This document shows, one piece after another, positions 54,019 to 55,160 of a DNA stretch of 55,160 bases. The notes beneath the pieces are model-generated. The model searched no databases and was not told where the DNA came from. It saw only the letters and a program-made list of their open reading frames with translations. The position numbers were made by a program, and so were the translations under genes. Positions within the stretch are counted from its first letter, which is position 1, and each line of letters begins with the position of its first letter. This stretch comes from an uncultured Candidatus Saccharibacteria bacterium (lineage in GTDB: Bacteria; Patescibacteriota; Dojkabacteria; SC72), in contig CAYVBS010000002.1 in the NCBI GenBank assembly GCA_964449955.1, positions 1 through 55,160 on the forward strand. Direction: 5' to 3'.

Positions 54019-55160
54019 CTATTTAATATATTTCCTGTTCTTTAATTTATCCGGTAAACACTGCTGTTCTGATTTCTTGTCTGGTAGGTCGTGGTCATAT
54101 TCATATCCTTTTCCATATCCTAATTCGGACATGAGCTTGGTTGGTGCATTCCTAATGTTCATTGGTACAGGAAGGTTGCCGAATTTCTCAATGTCTTGTT
54201 TAATTAGATTCTCTGCTATATATGCAGTGTTGTCTTTGGGCGCATTGGAAAGATATATGGCTAACTGTATGAGGAATACCTCGCACTCTGGCATACCCAG
54301 TTTCTGACAGGATTCATATACAGAGTTAGCAAGTATTACGGCTTGTGGGTCTGCATTTCCTACATCCTCACTTGCAAATCTTAGTAATCTTCTTGCTACA
54401 TACAAAGGATCTTCTCCAGCACTTAGCATTCTTCCAACCCAGTAAGCGGCTGCATCTGCATTGCTGGACCTCATTGACTTATGTATTGCAGATATTATAT
54501 TAAAATGCTCCTCTCCATTCTTGTCGTAGTAGAGAGGCTTTTGTACAACCTCCGTTATCGTTTCTTCTTTTAATTTTACTTTCCCATCCTTTGATTCTGC
54601 TTCTGCTAATGTTACTGCCATCTCCAATATATTTAATGCAGATCTAATATCTCCATTTGAAAGTTGCGCAATTGTTTTTAGAACACTCTTCCCTACCTTC
54701 ATTGCTGGATACTCTTTGGTGACAATATCTTTAAGGAAATTCGTAATATCTTCTTCTGTCTGCTGTTTGAATACAAAGACCTTAGATCTAGAAAGGAGAG
54801 CACTGTTAATTGTAAATGATGGATTCTCTGTAGTAGCTCCAATTAGAATGATTATCCCCTTCTCTACATATGGTAGTAATGTGTCCTGTTGAGCTTTGTT
54901 CCATCTGTGTATCTCGTCAAGAAAGAGGACTGTTTTTTTGTTGTACTGCTGGTTAGCGAGTGCAATTTTTAGTATCTTTCTCAGAGCATCCTTACCACTG
55001 TTTACAGCTTGCATTTTGTAAAAATCGTAGTAAAGGTTCTGAGATATTATGTATGCAAGAGTAGTTTTTCCTGTTCCTGGTGGTCCCCAGAAGATCATAG
55101 AGGGAATCTTTTTAATTTCGAGAAACTTTCTAATTGGACCATTACTTCCTACTAAGTGCT
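54019..55160 (-). CDS. rarA: replication-associated recombination protein A (MgsA/RarA), 5' end beyond the right window edge
   Basis: The track ORF starts at an internal Met (55098). The frame stays open to 55160 (..HLVGSNGPIRKFLEIKKIPSMIFWGPPGTGKTT). Walker A, DEIHRWNK, C-terminal MgsA helical domain. Confidence 0.9.
   Translation of the reverse strand, partial: HLVGSNGPIRKFLEIKKIPSMIFWGPPGTGKTTLAYIISQNLYYDFYKMQAVNSGKDALRKILKIALANQQYNKKTVLFLDEIHRWNKAQQDTLLPYVEKGIIILIGATTENPSFTINSALLSRSKVFVFKQQTEEDITNFLKDIVTKEYPAMKVGKSVLKTIAQLSNGDIRSALNILEMAVTLAEAESKDGKVKLKEETITEVVQKPLYYDKNGEEHFNIISAIHKSMRSSNADAAAYWVGRMLSAGEDPLYVARRLLRFASEDVGNADPQAVILANSVYESCQKLGMPECEVFLIQLAIYLSNAPKDNTAYIAENLIKQDIEKFGNLPVPMNIRNAPTKLMSELGYGKGYEYDHDLPDKKSEQQCLPDKLKNRKYIK

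Noticed and set aside
196-54307. Many 60-155-aa ORFs in the track that lie antisense inside long, well-supported genes. Examples: 196-396, 904-1104 and 1255-1518 inside the histidine kinase; also 2009-2359, 4975-5196, 5611-5892, 12465-12812, 23059-23490, 24893-25252, 26496-26813, 28249-28620, 31482-31883, 33055-33384, 38656-38961, 40224-40532, 46051-46518, 49377-49763 and 53055-53381.
   Set aside because: They are fully embedded opposite genes with clear homology signatures. They have low-complexity Ser/Leu/Phe/Ile-rich translations typical of shadow frames in AT-rich DNA, and no recognisable motifs.
1-55160. Use of an alternative genetic code (for example UGA as a sense codon, as in some candidate phyla).
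   Set aside because: Standard-code translation already yields full-length, motif-complete housekeeping proteins (MutS, RecG, PheT, ThrRS and others) with no in-frame TGA interruptions, so recoding is not needed.

Overview
This is an AT-rich bacterial chromosomal window read with the standard genetic code; long ORFs end in TAA, TAG or TGA. About two thirds of it (20.2-55.2 kb) is core genome. That part holds clpP-tig, a sortase with an adjacent substrate, mutS, hisS, a class A PBP and the conserved thrS-infC-rpmI-rplT-pheS-pheT block. It also holds rsmD-like and SpoU-like methyltransferases, recG, a RelA/SpoT homologue, tyrS, rarA (cut by the right edge), and two very large secreted repeat proteins (DUF2341, tail-collar-like, FN3-like, Cys-rich). 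Several housekeeping proteins are domain-reduced: trigger factor lacks a PPIase, ThrRS lacks TGS, AspRS is the short archaeal type, and the RSH lacks ACT. Together with the DUF2341 surface proteins this suggests a small-genome Patescibacteria/CPR-like organism, but that is inference only. The left edge carries a partial sensor histidine kinase missed by the ORF track, a methyltransferase-fusion gene, a SAMHD1-like HD hydrolase and aspS. The most notable region is 6.8-20.2 kb. A tRNA-Val(GAC) gene is abutted by a large serine recombinase, and six direct copies of a ~35-nt site follow whose core is the 3' end of that tRNA. The sites split the interval into five 0.6-2 kb cassettes of one or two genes (amidohydrolase, S41-like peptidase, NUDIX plus a tRNA-like RNA, YecM-like, two unknowns). 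A sixth unit of 8.1 kb carries the recombinase and a PD-(D/E)xK-DGQHR-Schlafen fusion protein. At five of the six sites a -10 box with an upstream TG sits directly against the ATG of an ORF. I interpret this as an integron-/SCC-like cassette array driven by a serine recombinase at a tRNA attachment site. All domain calls come from motif recognition by eye; no searches were run.
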